A DNA stretch of 62,996 nt, counting the filler, from Octopus bimaculoides (lineage: Eukaryota), in the NCBI RefSeq assembly GCF_001194135.2. It is 7 parts of 5 records of this genome, joined end to end, with 100 filler letters (N's around TTAATTAATTAA, not from the genome) between each part and the next. Parts side by side here need not be neighbours in the genome. Positions count along the whole stretch, not along the records: positions 1 to 9,133 come from NC_068984.1; positions 9,234 to 24,791 come from NC_068999.1; 5 more parts are not named here. One strand, 5' to 3'. Position numbers and translations under genes: made by a program. The notes below the pieces were generated by a model that worked only from the letters and a program-made list of their open reading frames with translations, ran no database searches and was not told where the DNA came from. Positions 1 through 12,126 of this stretch are shown here, one piece after another. How positions within the stretch are numbered: position 1 is the first letter of the stretch; every line of letters starts with the position of its first letter.

Positions 1-59
1 ATAACGGCCATAACTCCCATGAAAATTCATATATTTTTGATGTTGATGAAATTTTAACC

Positions 60-635
60 CGAACATAACAGATGAGCATTATTTAGAAAATGATGTCACA
101 CGTTATCGAGGCTACCATTCTTTCTGGATGTGCAAAAGGGGATGACGTCTTTATTCCAAGAATTCGTCTTACTCCATCAGGAGCAGACATTCCTTTTACA
201 TTCAGAAGACTACAATTCCCCCTTCGTGTGACTTTTGCCATGTCCATAAACAAATATCAGGGTCAAACACTGTCTGTAGCTGGTCTTCTCTTGGAAGAGC
301 CCTGCTTCTCACATGGACAACTGTATGTTGGCTACTCAAGCGTGGGCAGCAAAAAAAAACTTATTTGTACATGCTCCACAAGGGAAAACAAGGAACATAG
401 TTTACAACGAGGTGTTATAATCACAACAGCAAGAAAGTATGTACATGATCACCTTCTTTTACGAAACTTCATTGACTTTCATATATTTATATTGATATAC
501 ATATATATACGTATGTTTGGGTGCGTGGCGTGTGTGTATATACATCTCTATATATAAAGATGATGCGTAGTCTAGACGGCGTTTTTAGATTTCATTATTC
601 TCTTTAACCCGGGCAACGCCGGGTATTTCTGCTAG
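60..635 (+). mobile_element. Helitron 3' end (RepHel helicase C-terminus plus terminal hairpin and CTAG)
   Basis: PIF1-like helicase motifs in ORF 90-557; hairpin CCCGG-GCAACG-CCGGG at 608-623 followed by CTAG (632-635) and T, the canonical Helitron 3' terminus. Confidence 0.9.
90..400 (+). pseudogene. Helitron PIF1-like helicase C-terminal fragment
   Basis: IPRIRLTPS...FRRLQFPLRVTFAMSINKYQGQTL...CFSHGQLYVGYSSV matches the canonical RxQFPxRxAFAMTINKSQGQTL...FSHGQLYVAxSRV; the frame runs into non-coding sequence afterwards. Confidence 0.85.
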
Positions 636-682
636 TACAAAATAAAGACTTATACCAAATCTATCTTCTGGTTACTTAATCA

Positions 683-805
<123 letters not shown>

Positions 806-1095
806 TATACACACATAATATATCAATATGTATATAAATAGAAAAAAGAAAATGTAACAAGTGCAAATCATCATTGCTAATAGTGAACTTCCAGAAACCA
901 ATTAATGATTACTTAATTAAATGACTGATTATTTAATCAAGTGGTAATTAACCTGATGTTTATGTGTTTAATTGGCGCATTATCTTCGCTATCTTCCCAA
1001 AGTTCAACAAAATATCAATTTATCAAAATATATATATATAGACACACATATACACATACATACACATACATACATATGCATATACATACGTATAG

Positions 1096-1510
1096 GTGCA
1101 GGCGTGGCTGTATCGTAAGAAGTTTGCTTCTGAACCACATGGTTCCAGGTTCAGTCCCACAACATGACACCTAGGCCAAGTGTGTTCCACTATAACCTCA
1201 GCTTGACCAAAGCCTTATGAGTGGATTTGGTAGATGGAAACTGAAAGAAGCTCATTGTATATTTCATATATATATGTGTGTGTGTGTGTGTGTGCCTTTG
1301 TGTCTGTGTTTCTCAGCTACAATCACTCGATAACTGGTGTTGGTATGCTTACAACCCTGTAACTTCGCAGTTTGGCAAAAGAGACTGATAGAATATGCAC
1401 CAGGCTTAAAAAAATTTGTACTGAGGGTGGATTTAAGGGACTAAAAATTCTCCAAGGTGGCGCCCCAGCATGGCTGCAGTTTGATGACAAAGACAAATAA
1501 AAGATATAAA
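1096..1510 (+). mobile_element. tRNA-derived SINE family A (CORE-like centre), internal (TG)n, 3' tail
   Basis: Head GCAGGCGTGGCTGT...GGTTCAGTCCCAC, centre ACCTAGGCCAAGTGT resembling the CORE motif ACCTTGGGCAAGT; homologous to copies at 32592, 47903, 48730 (-) and 57800. Confidence 0.85.
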
Positions 1511-1597
1511 GCAAAAGATAAATTCGATTAAAAATAGTTTTAATGATTTAATTTGGACTTTTCAGATAATTAAACCATTTTTACATATTTATTAGAT

Positions 1598-1704
1598 TGG
1601 AGCCTGGTGTTGCCATCCGGTTTCACCAGTCCTCAGTCAAATCGTCCAACCCATGCTAGCATGGAAAGCGGACGTTAAACGATGATGATGATGATGATGA
1701 TGAT
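1598..1704 (+). mobile_element. 3' end of a retroposon (family E) with (GAT)n tail
   Basis: CCAACCCATGCTAGCATGGAAAGCGGACGTTAAAC(GAT)n; reverse copies at ~58210-58410 and ~56024-56050. Confidence 0.7.
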
Positions 1705-2221
1705 CAATTGCGACATAGATATGACTGTGCTGTTTAGAAGCTCACTTTGAAACGGCATAGAATATGTAGAACTACATTATGAACTGTGTCCCTTCAATAG
1801 ATAATGTAGTCCTACAGAGCCCTAAAAAAAGTGGAATGTCTACAACTGGAATGCCTTTCATCATGGGTATACTCAGCTGGAGCTAATTTAGGGCTAAACA
1901 CCTGGGACTCCATCAGTTAAAATGATGAGGGTTCTAGTCTACTCAGCTGGCAAAAATGAGTAATCCTGTGATGGACAGGTATCTCGTCCAGGTGGGGAAT
2001 ATAGATGTCATGGAAACCAGCTGTATGAGTCTATATGTCTCGGGAAGGGACTTTACTTTACTTTTTTGCTGGTTTCTACAAAAAAAGAGAAAATACTTTT
2101 ACCTCTTTCAACACTGGCCCACCCGAGATCATCTCTGATTCTCTGATACAACCTTCCTGTTTTAAAGTGTCTAAGTTAAAACCTTCCGTCAATATTCCAT
2201 GTTGATTTATGTTCCAAAGGA

Positions 2222-2332
2222 TGAAGGGATGACAGGCAAAGTTGACCTCGGTGGAATTTGAACTCAGAACGTAAAGACAGACGAAATACCGCTAAGCATT
2301 TCACCCGGCGTGCTAACGTTTCTGCCAGCTCA
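2222..2332 (-). mobile_element. SINE family B fragment
   Basis: Reverse complement of GAGCTGGCAGAAACGTTAGCAC...GAGTTCAAATT...GAGGTCGACTTTGCC seen at 6703, 43536 and 51391. Confidence 0.85.
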
Positions 2333-2421
2333 GCACCTTTTCCTTATTAAATATTATCAACACAATTACAAGGTTCAAACAGAGTAATTATAATCACTCT
2401 ATTTAGTATTATAATAATTAT

Positions 2422-3066
2422 AAACGGGGGCACCAGTTTTCATTTCTGTTTTATGTAGTGTTTTTGGTACCGAAAGACTTTCAAACTTCGTATACTTATC
2501 TATTTTGTGTTATAGAACAGAAAAAAATTTTTGTATTCGGATTTATTTCATGTAAAAAATTGTCTTATTTCGATAATTTCAACCAATCACTGACAAGTAT
2601 TCAGCTGTTTATACTTACTCCTTTGGCACTTTAAGCGGTGTAAAGCGTATTTAATCTCCATTACTTCTGACATTTTGCAGAAGCAACACACGTGTATTCG
2701 TTTTCCCTAACCCTAACCCTAACCCTAACCGACTTGCTCCTTCCCTCAAAAACCATGCCTTGTGCCTATAATAGAAAGGTTTATTAGCTACTGCCAATAT
2801 GCTTCAGCCATTTTTTGACAAGGAAATAATAATTTTATCACCGCCGAGAATCGTTTGTTTACGTAGTCAGCAGTTAATTTTTACGGCTGAATGGACGTCA
2901 GTCATTGGTTGAAATTACAGAAATACGACAACTTTAACATGAAATAACTTGCGATGTACGTTTTTTTGTTAAGAAGACTAAGAGAAAAAGATGTTTTATA
3001 TGACACATTCTATCAGTGTCCCAAGTTTCAAAGTGTTTCGTTAAGAAAATACTGGTGCCCCCGTTT
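2422..3066. mobile_element. Foldback/MITE-type non-autonomous DNA transposon (~645 bp)
   Basis: Perfect 16-bp TIR AAACGGGGGCACCAGT (2422-2437) / ACTGGTGCCCCCGTTT (3051-3066), with imperfect subterminal inverted similarity over ~170 bp (e.g. AATTTCAACCAATCACTGAC vs GTCAGTCATTGGTTGAAATT). Superfamily and TSD not resolved. Confidence 0.8.
2705..2730. repeat. Interstitial telomere-type (CCCTAA)4 inside the MITE
   Basis: CCCTAACCCTAACCCTAACCCTAACC. Confidence 0.9.
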
Positions 3067-3334
3067 TGAACAAGATCCATAATTATAATACTACTTTCAT
3101 AGATTTGTGAAAAGATTTGTGACTTGCTCCCCCCACCCCAAGTCACTCTGTACACCATACACACACGTATACATACACACACATCACACACATGCACACA
3201 TACATTCATACATACATTCCAGAATTCCAGATGACACCATAAAAAAAGGGTTCAATTGATAAACAGCTTAATTTTTTTTTTTACTTTTATTTCAGTTGCG
3301 AGTCACTCACACAGTAATACTAATAATAACAATA

Positions 3335-3590
3335 ATAAATGTACCCTTTTAAAGCCTAGCCAGGCTCATGGGTCCGGTTCCACGGTTTCAATGGCGTATG
3401 TGTTCCCCAGCTGGACGGGACGCCAGTCCATCGCAGCGTTACTCATTTTTGCTTGCTGAGTGGACTGGAGCAACGTGAAATGAAGTGTTTTGCTCAAGAA
3501 CACAACGCGTCGCCCGGTCCAGGAATCGAAACCACAATCTTACGATCATGATGCCGACACCCTAACCACTAAGCCATGTGCCTCCACTTC
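3335..3590 (-). mobile_element. tRNA-derived SINE family C
   Basis: Minus strand GTGGAGGCACATGGCTTAGTGGTTAGGGTG (A box)...GGTTTCGATTCC (B box)...TTGTGTTCTTGAGCAAAACACTT; related copy at ~59400-59610. Confidence 0.85.
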
Positions 3591-3599
3591 CTACGCTAC

Positions 3600-3826
3600 T
3601 ACAACGATGATAATAACAATGACGATGATGATGATGATGGTGGTGGTGGTGGTGATGGTGGTGATGACAATGATGATGGTAGTGGTGTTGGAGTAATGAT
3701 AATGGTGGTGATGATGATGGTGGTGGTGATGATGATGACAATGATGGTGATGATGGTGGTGGTGGTGGTGATGACGATGATGATGGCAGTGATGACGATG
3801 ATGATGGTGATGATGTTGATGATAAT
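3600..3826. repeat. (GAT/GGT)n low-complexity trinucleotide tract
   Basis: Directly visible; source of the spurious poly-D/M/V ORFs. Confidence 0.95.
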
Positions 3827-3832
3827 GATTGG

Positions 3833-3931
3833 TTGGCCTGTGGCTACAGTAGAAGACACTTGCCCAAGGTGCTACACAGGACTGAACCTGGAACCATGTG
3901 GTTGGGAAGCAAGCTTCTTACCACACAGCCA
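3833..3931 (-). mobile_element. SINE family A 5' half
   Basis: AGTAGAAGACACTTGCCCAAGGTGC...AAGCTTCTTACCACACAGCCA is the reverse complement of the family A head. Confidence 0.85.
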
Positions 3932-5084
3932 TAAAAGTGTAGTACAGCAGTTTAGAATTTTTCAAAAGTATAGTAAGTAAGGAAAGAAAGGTGGTTTTAC
4001 GTTCCAAGCAAAGCTCTTCTTCAGAAACAGGAAAGTCAAATAGAAAAGGAAAACAGATGTGAAAAAATTGCCAACAATTCACATGTGGTTACATTTGTGT
4101 ATGTATGTTATACAACAGGCTTCCACACAGTCTCCATCTATCAAATTCACTCATGAGGTATTGGTCATCCCTGAACTATATACACTTGCCCAATGTATGT
4201 TATCAAATATACCAAGAAAATGTTATTAAAATTACAGTGAAAATATAATTATAAATACGAAAGTAAGAAGTAAAAATGAAAACTGACCTCAGTGTTACCA
4301 TTCCAGTTTCAGACATTTTCATTAACTAATTAATTTACTGATCACTACCTAGTTCACATATGTGTTAATTTAACCAATTAGAGACTGTTAATTTGGACAA
4401 CCTAATTTTATATGAAAGCAATGAAAAGAATCTACTTTTCTTGCTTTCTTCATTTGATGTCATCCAATCGACTGTGGAAAGTCTGTCTTTAATCCTGATA
4501 TTTTTAATCTGGCAGAAAATGTGCATCATGTGGTCTTTTGTTTTCTTGTTTTTTTTTTTTGTGTCCGCATTTCATTCTCTTTAGATAGCAGTTAACTTCT
4601 ACTTTGATCTGGTCTTGATAGAATTTCTACCATATATGCTTATCTGACATTTTTTCATACAAAGGCCGTTTATCTGTTCGTACACTTCTAACTTAACATA
4701 CTGAAAATATAATACTTTATAAACAATAAAAAATGAAAATATCTATCTACATTTTCCATATAATTTCTACAACACAATTTATGTAATTCACTTATTGAAA
4801 CTGATTCATGTAAACTATTGCAAATTCATATCTAAAATATTCCATATTTGTATTCTATGTTTAATCATAGTGCACTTTGAAGGAGATTTGGCTGCTATTT
4901 CAAGCACGTCAAGAGACCATGTAAAATCTCCTTCACTAGCTTGTCAAATGACCATTTTTTGACAAATGTATTTAACCTCCACTTCCAAAAAAAAAAAAAA
5001 AATGAATATAATTTTGATTTCTTATATTGTATGAAGGTCTCAAACTTAGAAGAAATATGTTTTATTCAGTTATCTAATATCATT

Positions 5085-5620
5085 CGAGATGTTTTGCAGC
5101 TTCATGAGAAGCCTGGTGAATGTACCATCATATTGATCTTGAATCTCCTTATTTGTAGACCAAGTTTCAGTTCTACAGAGAATAATGCCCTCTTCATATG
5201 CCTGAAAGAAGACAAGCCTTTTTGACTTAGAAAGTTTGATAACCAGGCGTTTTGAAGATTGTTAATGGCATTCTAGGCTTGTCTCTTGCATGTCAGAAAG
5301 TTATTCTTACATTCGGTAACAAGACCCAAGGTATTGACTAAATTTTTAGAGTTGTGGACCATCATTGGAAGAAATTGGCATGCAACTTTCATTTTCACAA
5401 GTGATTTATGGACACATTCCATCCATCTCAACTATTATTAATCAAAGCAGACGAGGCTTTTCCTAGCCACAGCGACCATGTGGAGCAACAAGCTTTATCA
5501 GATGTTATATTCCACACCCTAATAGAGAACAAAACCCACTCAAGTACATTGATATTATTAGCAAGGACACAACATAAAATTGAGGATGTGCTATGGTTAA
5601 TGGCTAACAGAGATTTCTGA
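5085..5620. pseudogene. RTE/RTEX-like LINE ORF C-terminal remnant with its 5' part inverted
   Basis: Minus ~5365-5085 gives QYLGS...KRQA*NAINNLQNAWLSN...RLVFFQAYEEGIILCRTETWSTNKEIQDQYDGTFTRLLMKLQNIS. Plus ~5370-5620 continues VIYGHIPSISTIINQSRRGF...ALSDVIFH...TQHKIEDVLWLMANRDF. Both resemble the post-RT segment of RTE-group LINEs. Confidence 0.7.
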
Positions 5621-5970
5621 TGCAATATTGTGAAATGCAGCTCAATTGCTACCACTTAAAAAAGAAGAATATTGTTGTTTGTAGTAATAAGCTGGTGTCA
5701 GCATAATGGGCATGCTACACTAATATTTCACTCTTGATGATTTCTATTGATTCCCAGGCAGTGTTTATGATTTTAGTTCCGTTGATACTGATGGATTGGT
5801 TGATCCTGTCAAAGGTATCAAAACCATAGCGATATCTGTTTTGGCAGCTGATAAAGGGAAAATATATTTGATATTCTTGTTAATTAATTTTTTATGTCTT
5901 AGGGTATTGCTATTCGGAGTTGTCCTACATCCTCATAAAGTTGAAAGTGTTTGTGGTTTCATGGTTTATG

Positions 5971-6324
5971 GTCAAAACGGTAGAGGAGTAGGGGCCGAAA
6001 CCGGACGTGGTTCCTCCTGATGATGTCTTGAGCTAACTGGATCCTAATCCACCGAGGGAAGGTATGCCAGAAGAAAGTAATTCAACAACGCGGGTTGATG
6101 AACCGTAAGACGTGTGGCCAGAACCTCCTGGAAAATAACCATAGCGAGGGACATTCCACAGTTGAATTAGAACAGTCACAAACAGTGAAAGAAGATATGC
6201 ACCCAACACCAGAGCTGAAGACACCTCCGAAAGGAGGGGCCCCGCCATGTCAAAACTGTAGAGGAGTAGGGGCTGAAACCGGACGTGGTTCCTCCTGATG
6301 ATGTCTTGAGCTAACTGGATCCTA
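5971..6324. repeat. 76-bp direct repeat pair, period 278 bp
   Basis: 5971-6046 and 6249-6324 differ at 2 positions. Confidence 0.95.
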
Positions 6325-6624
6325 TAAAGGAGCTGTTGTGGTAGCAGACCACGAAACATGGTTGAAATTCCTTCCTGTAGATAATCTTAATAAGCTTTGA
6401 GATCAGATAATGGTATCTTGTTCTGGGAGGTTCTGTGGCAAACATGTTACTATTAGTGATTTCATCAAACATGTAGGAACGAAAGTCAAAACCCACAAAT
6501 TGGATTCCAAATGTTAAGAGAAATAATTGAGTACTGAGAGTTACATAATTTGACATTACCATTTCAGAGACATACCATCCTGGAAATGAACTTTATATTA
6601 CATGTTACCATTTAGACAGTCATA

Positions 6625-6657
<33 letters not shown>

Positions 6658-6702
6658 GTAGATAGATAGTTAGAAAGATAGACAGGCAGATAGACAAACA
6701 GA

Positions 6703-6936
6703 AGGCCGTGAGCTGGCAGAAACATTAGCACGCCGGGCGAAATGCTTAGCGGTATTTCGACTACCACTACGTTCTGAGTTCAAATTCTGCCGAGGTCGAC
6801 TTTGCCTTTCATCCTTTTGGGGTCGATAAATTAAGTGTCAGTTACGCACTGGGGTCGATGTAATTGACTTAATCCCTTTGTCTGTCCTTGTTTGTCCCCT
6901 CTATGTTTAGCCCCTTGTGGGCAATAAAGAAATAAG
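6703..6936 (+). mobile_element. Full-length SINE family B within (GATA)n
   Basis: Head GAGCTGGCAGAAAC, B-box-like GAGTTCAAATTC, tail ...GCAATAAAGAAATAAG; colinear with 51391-51617. Confidence 0.9.
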
Positions 6937-6970
6937 ATAGACAAACAGATAGATAGATAGATAGAGATAG

Positions 6971-7004
<34 letters not shown>

Positions 7005-7634
7005 AAAGTGAGGATTGTTATAAACTGATATATATCTTCACTTTTGTGTTAGTGCTGATATAGACAAATAGGTTCGAAGCTTCTCAATACCAACTCACTC
7101 TCGATGTGCTATGTTTTTGAACAAAACATCTCAACCATGCCTGAACCGACTGTCGGTTGCCAATATTTTAAGCGTTCCGTCATTGCTCTATTGCCAATTA
7201 TGTGAGCAAAGACGATGTAGTGTCTTGCCTACTGAAATGATTGCAGGTTGGGAAAGATTGTAGTGGGGTGGGGTGGAGAAACAATGCTGTAATCATGTAA
7301 TCACACAATTTGTTCACAAATAATATTTAAAGAACGTGATTTAATATGGATAATTAAGATAAAGTGTTTTGTATATAACATGTCCTACGTAGATTGACAT
7401 ATGTAGAGTAATAAAAAATTGTATATATTATTGTATTTGCAACAAGCGCGCGAGCGCGTACGTATGTGTGTGTGGGAGAGAGAGAGAAAGAGAGTATTTT
7501 GCCAACTGCCAAAAAAAAAAAAAGAAATGGAAAACATACTCCCCCTCATTCTGTTGACGATGTCTTTAACACAACAGTAACATCAGTAAGAAAAGCGTCA
7601 TCATCAACAGCAGTACCAACAGCCGCAAAACCAA

Positions 7635-7696
7635 ACATTTTGTATTTTGGAAGTTATTTCGTGTTAAAGTTGTCGTATTTGGGTAATTTTAACCAA
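7635..7696. mobile_element. Fragment of the same MITE arm as 2422-3066
   Basis: TTATTTCGTGTTAAAGTTGTCGTATTTGGGTAATTTTAACCAA is close to the reverse complement of 2906-2947. Confidence 0.7.
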
Positions 7697-7699
7697 CCC

Positions 7700-7792
7700 G
7701 AAAGGACGAAAGGCAACTTCGACGGAATTTGAGCTGAAATCGTTCAAAATGCCACTGCTTGCTCGGCGTGCAGGCGATCCAGCCAGCTCGCT
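7700..7792 (-). mobile_element. Degenerate SINE family B
   Basis: CCGAAAGGACGAAAGGCAAC...GGAATTTGAGCT...CGGCGTGC...GCCAGCTCGC. Confidence 0.6.
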
Positions 7793-9013
7793 GTTTTAGN
7801 NNNNNNNNNNNNNNNNNNNNNNNNNNNNNNNNNNNNNNNNNNNNNNNNNNNNNNNNNNNNNNNNNNNNNNNNNNNNNNNNNNNNNNNNNNNNNNNNNNNN
7901 NNNNNNNNNNNNNNNNNNNNNNNNNNNNNNNNNNNNNNNNNNNNNNNNNNNNNNNNNNNNNNNNNNNNNNNNNNNNNNNNNNNNNNNNNNNNNNNNNNNN
8001 NNNNNNNNNNNNNNNNNNNNNNNNNNNNNNNNNNNNNNNNNNNNNNNNNNNNNNNNNNNNNNNNNNNNNNNNNNNNNNNNNNNNNNNNNNNNNNNNNNNN
8101 NNNNNNNNNNNNNNNNNNNNNNNNNNNNNNNNNNNNNNNNNNNNNNNNNNNNNNNNNNNNNNNNNNNNNNNNNNNNNNNNNNNNNNNNNNNNNNNNNNNN
8201 NNNNNNNNNNNNNNNNNNNNNNNNNNNNNNNNNNNNNNNNNNNNNNNNNNNNNNNNNNNNNNNNNNNNNNNNNNNNNNNNNNNNNNNNNNNNNNNNNNNN
8301 NNNNNNNNNNNNNNNNNNNNNNNNNNNNNNNNNNNNNNNNNNNNNNNNNNNNNNNNNNNNNCTACGACGACCACTTACATTTTTTTTGACGCAGTGTATC
8401 TTTCTTTTATTAAGATTACACGGTATGAGTCGAAGAAAACTGCGCCAATTTTTTTCTGGTGTGTAACGCAACGTGATAGAGCAAGCACGAGTAAACTGCG
8501 GTCCGCAGGACTTTATTACTGGTACATTTAACGAATAATTATATTGTATTTTTTTTAATTACTAGTGTGGTTCACCTGATGGTGAGCCATGTCTTATGTA
8601 ACCCGCTTCTCATAAAAGGTTGTCCTTGCCTGTCCGTAGAGACTCCCATGTTGGCTCGTAACAAAAGTAGTTGAAAGGATGTCAGAAAATGCATTTGCCG
8701 AAAAGAGTTGCGCCCCTTGCATCGGATAAAAACTATAAAACGGAATTTTCAGGCTTGCTGTTTAGAAAGGAAAGAGGTGTTGAGACATTCATAAATTCCT
8801 TAAAAGAGCTTATCTTTTTTTTCTGTTTTTTTGTACCTGTGTTAGTCATTGGCCCGCGGTTATACTGGGCTACCGCCTCGAAAGGTTTAGCCAGACAAAT
8901 CGTCCCGAGTATTTACTTTCGTTCTATTGGTGGCTTTTGTCGAACCGCAAATGTACAGTGAGGTAAACGAACCAACATAGGCTATCAAGCGATGTTGGCT
9001 ACAAACATGTCTA

Positions 9014-9072
<59 letters not shown>

Positions 9073-9100
9073 ATATATATATGTGTGTGTGTGTGTGTGC

Positions 9101-9133
<33 letters not shown>

Positions 9134-9177
9134 NNNNNNNNNNNNNNNNNNNNNNNNNNNNNNNNNNNNNNNNNNNN

Positions 9178-9189
9178 TTAATTAATTAA
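9178..9189. other. Assembly linker TTAATTAATTAA between N blocks (also 24836, 37798, 41730, 59270, 61279)
   Basis: The identical 12-mer is flanked by N runs on both sides six times and has stop codons in all six frames. Confidence 0.9.
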
Positions 9190-9233
9190 NNNNNNNNNNN
9201 NNNNNNNNNNNNNNNNNNNNNNNNNNNNNNNNN

Positions 9234-9272
<39 letters not shown>

Positions 9273-11203
9273 GTGTGTGTGTGTGTGGGTAATGAGTGTA
9301 TGTGTGTGTATGTATCAACAGAAATTCACTCACGCATAGTATATAGATACATATTCACGCTCACACAAGTACACTCATACGTTTTATATCTGTTCAGTCA
9401 CATTATGTGTCTGTGCTTGCGTGTGAATTTGCATCTGTGTTATTTTTTATTTCTATTACTAAAGTAACATTTAAGTGCCGTTGCACTGTTCATGGAATTT
9501 GTGTATAACTTATATTTTATTGCGTAAATATTGCATTTCGGTGGTTCCAGAATGAATTGTTTACCATTTTAGGTTTATTAGCACTAACCAGATGCTTAGA
9601 GTAGAATTTAGTGTTTTCATTATATATATGGATTGATAAATCTAATATATTTTCCAATCAGTGCTTAGATGTTATGACCACTTTGCATAAATCTTATCTT
9701 GAAGTTAGCTGTGACAACACAAATTGCTTAATATTTTCGCCCTAAAGAATACAAGCAATTTGGAATCTGTTTATTTTATTTAATAAATATTCCGTAAACT
9801 GAACCAAATATTTCAGTATGTTAGATTCTCTTACCATTCTGTAAGCATTTAACTGATTGGAACCACAAAATGAAAACATTTTCCAGTCATCATAAAATAT
9901 GATAAATTGAACGTTAGAAAACTATAAAGAATATAGAAAAAAGTTACACAAAAGTTGCACTAAAGTAAATGGCAACTACGGATATGATCTATAGAACATA
10001 CATGCTTATTAAAGTCTGTATCTGTTCATAAAGAGTTTTAAATATGGAAAATAGTTAAAGAAAAATCGGTGGCCATATTTAATTGCATATGAAAATGTGC
10101 AAGGTAAATTAACTGAAGTGAAACGTGTTACAGTTCCCAAAATATATGAAAGGACATGCACGGAGTTTCGAACGTAAAAGTAGTTAGTAATTAATTGAAA
10201 TATTTCCGAGAAGCTAAATAAATTTACCACAATTGTTCGCGACTACTTAAAGAAAGGAAAGATAATTTCAACAAAAGAAGAATTAATACATCAGATAAAT
10301 TTTACATGCAAAGCCGTATGCTACCTGCAGAGAAAGATATTTCTCTGACGGCAATGAGAACATATAGACATAATGCTCTCTATATTTTATCAAGCATCAT
10401 CAACACAATCAATTTAAATATGGTATTCTTGATAATGTGATCATTTTACCCCACAAATCAAAAACACACATACATACATACATACATACATTATGGTTTG
10501 GAGTTCTTTTAGGGGAAACGCATGACAATTTACAAATAAGTAAGAATATACATTTAGCTATGTTGCTTGAGTGTGGTTGCTTTATAAATAATAGCATACG
10601 TAAATATTTACGTTTGAATACAGGTGACTCTTTTCATCATGTTCAGACTATTTAGTTAAGAATATGAATATTGTGTTGTATCCAAAGTGTGTGATTGTTA
10701 AAATAATGGTTTCACAAATCAAAATAAAATGTGGAAAAATTCAATTAAAATCATTACAGAAAGAGAAGAAAGAAAACAAGAAAGCATAACAATTGATGGG
10801 GAAAAGGAGGAAGAAATAATTGTTTCGTACGCGAAAAGATAAACAAATGAAATAAAGTTAGAAGCTACTAATAAAATATAGAATTAAATGAGTTAGTGGT
10901 ATGAAGGTAGGAATTGATAGAGATATATTCATTAGGAAAATATTTATTAGAAAAATATGCTGAATATAATACACGTTTATTAAAGAAAACATCTATTAAC
11001 AAACACATATACCAAATAGAAATACAGTATATGTATACGTTCTTGTGTATAAATACATTCGCTAGTAGTGTAACATATATGCCAGCGCGTGCGTGTATGT
11101 GTGTGTATGCGGCTGTGTTTATGTGTTTGTGTGTGTGTGTATGTGTGTACAAGTATGTATGTTTGTGTACACGTATGTGTAAATATGTATGTGATATATA
11201 CAT

Positions 11204-11246
<43 letters not shown>

Positions 11247-11515
11247 NNNNNNNNNNNNNNNNNNNNNNNNNNNNNNNNNNNNNNNNNNNNNNNNNNNNNN
11301 NNNNNNNNNNNNNNNNNNNNNNNNNNNNNNNNNNNNNNNNNNNNNNNNNNNNNNNNNNNNNNNNNNNNNNNNNNNNNNNNNNNNNNNNNNNNNNNNNNNN
11401 NNNNNNNNNNNNNNNNNNNNNNNNNNNNNNNNNNNNNNNNNNNNNNNNNNNNNNNNNNNNNNNNNNNNNNNNNNNNNNNNNNNNNNNNNNNNNNNNNNNN
11501 NNNNNNNNNNNNNNN

Positions 11516-11589
<74 letters not shown>

Positions 11590-11994
11590 TAGATGGATGG
11601 ATGGATGAGTGAACGTTTGGATGGATGGATAGATGGATGGATGGATGTATAATCGTATGTATCCCTCAAACATTTTCAAGGAACAAATGTTCTTGATACG
11701 TTATTACGTAAAATGTATTTTTACTTATATACAATTAAATGCGTTGTTGCTACACATGTGCTTCAATACATCAGTATTTTTAACAGTATATATTTGACAC
11801 TAATTGACGTATTAAAACTGTATATCAATATAATTTATATGTGTACGTACATGTATATGTTTATATGTACACACACATGAATATATTAACAAATGTGTGT
11901 GTTTGCGTTCGCACGTGCGCGAATAAGTAAGGAGATAATTGGGTGGAGAGATAGAGTGACAGAAACACAAGTATACAGAGAGTTCGATAGACAG

Positions 11995-12001
11995 ACAGAT
12001 A

Positions 12002-12051
<50 letters not shown>

Positions 12052-12082
12052 TGATAGATAGAGAGTGATATAGAGGGAGAGG

Positions 12083-12126
<44 letters not shown>
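11995..12126. repeat. (GATA)n/(GA)n microsatellite
   Basis: Directly visible. Confidence 0.95.

Noticed and set aside
5971-6046. Hammerhead in the 76-bp repeat
   Set aside because: GAAA precedes CUGAUGA with only about 4 nt available for stem I, and stem II partners do not pair, so no valid type I/II/III fold.
7689-8471. Long ORFs in the track (also 26-27 kb, 28.7-29.2 kb, 32.6-33.5 kb, 50.6-51.4 kb)
   Set aside because: They are open only because N runs translate as X.
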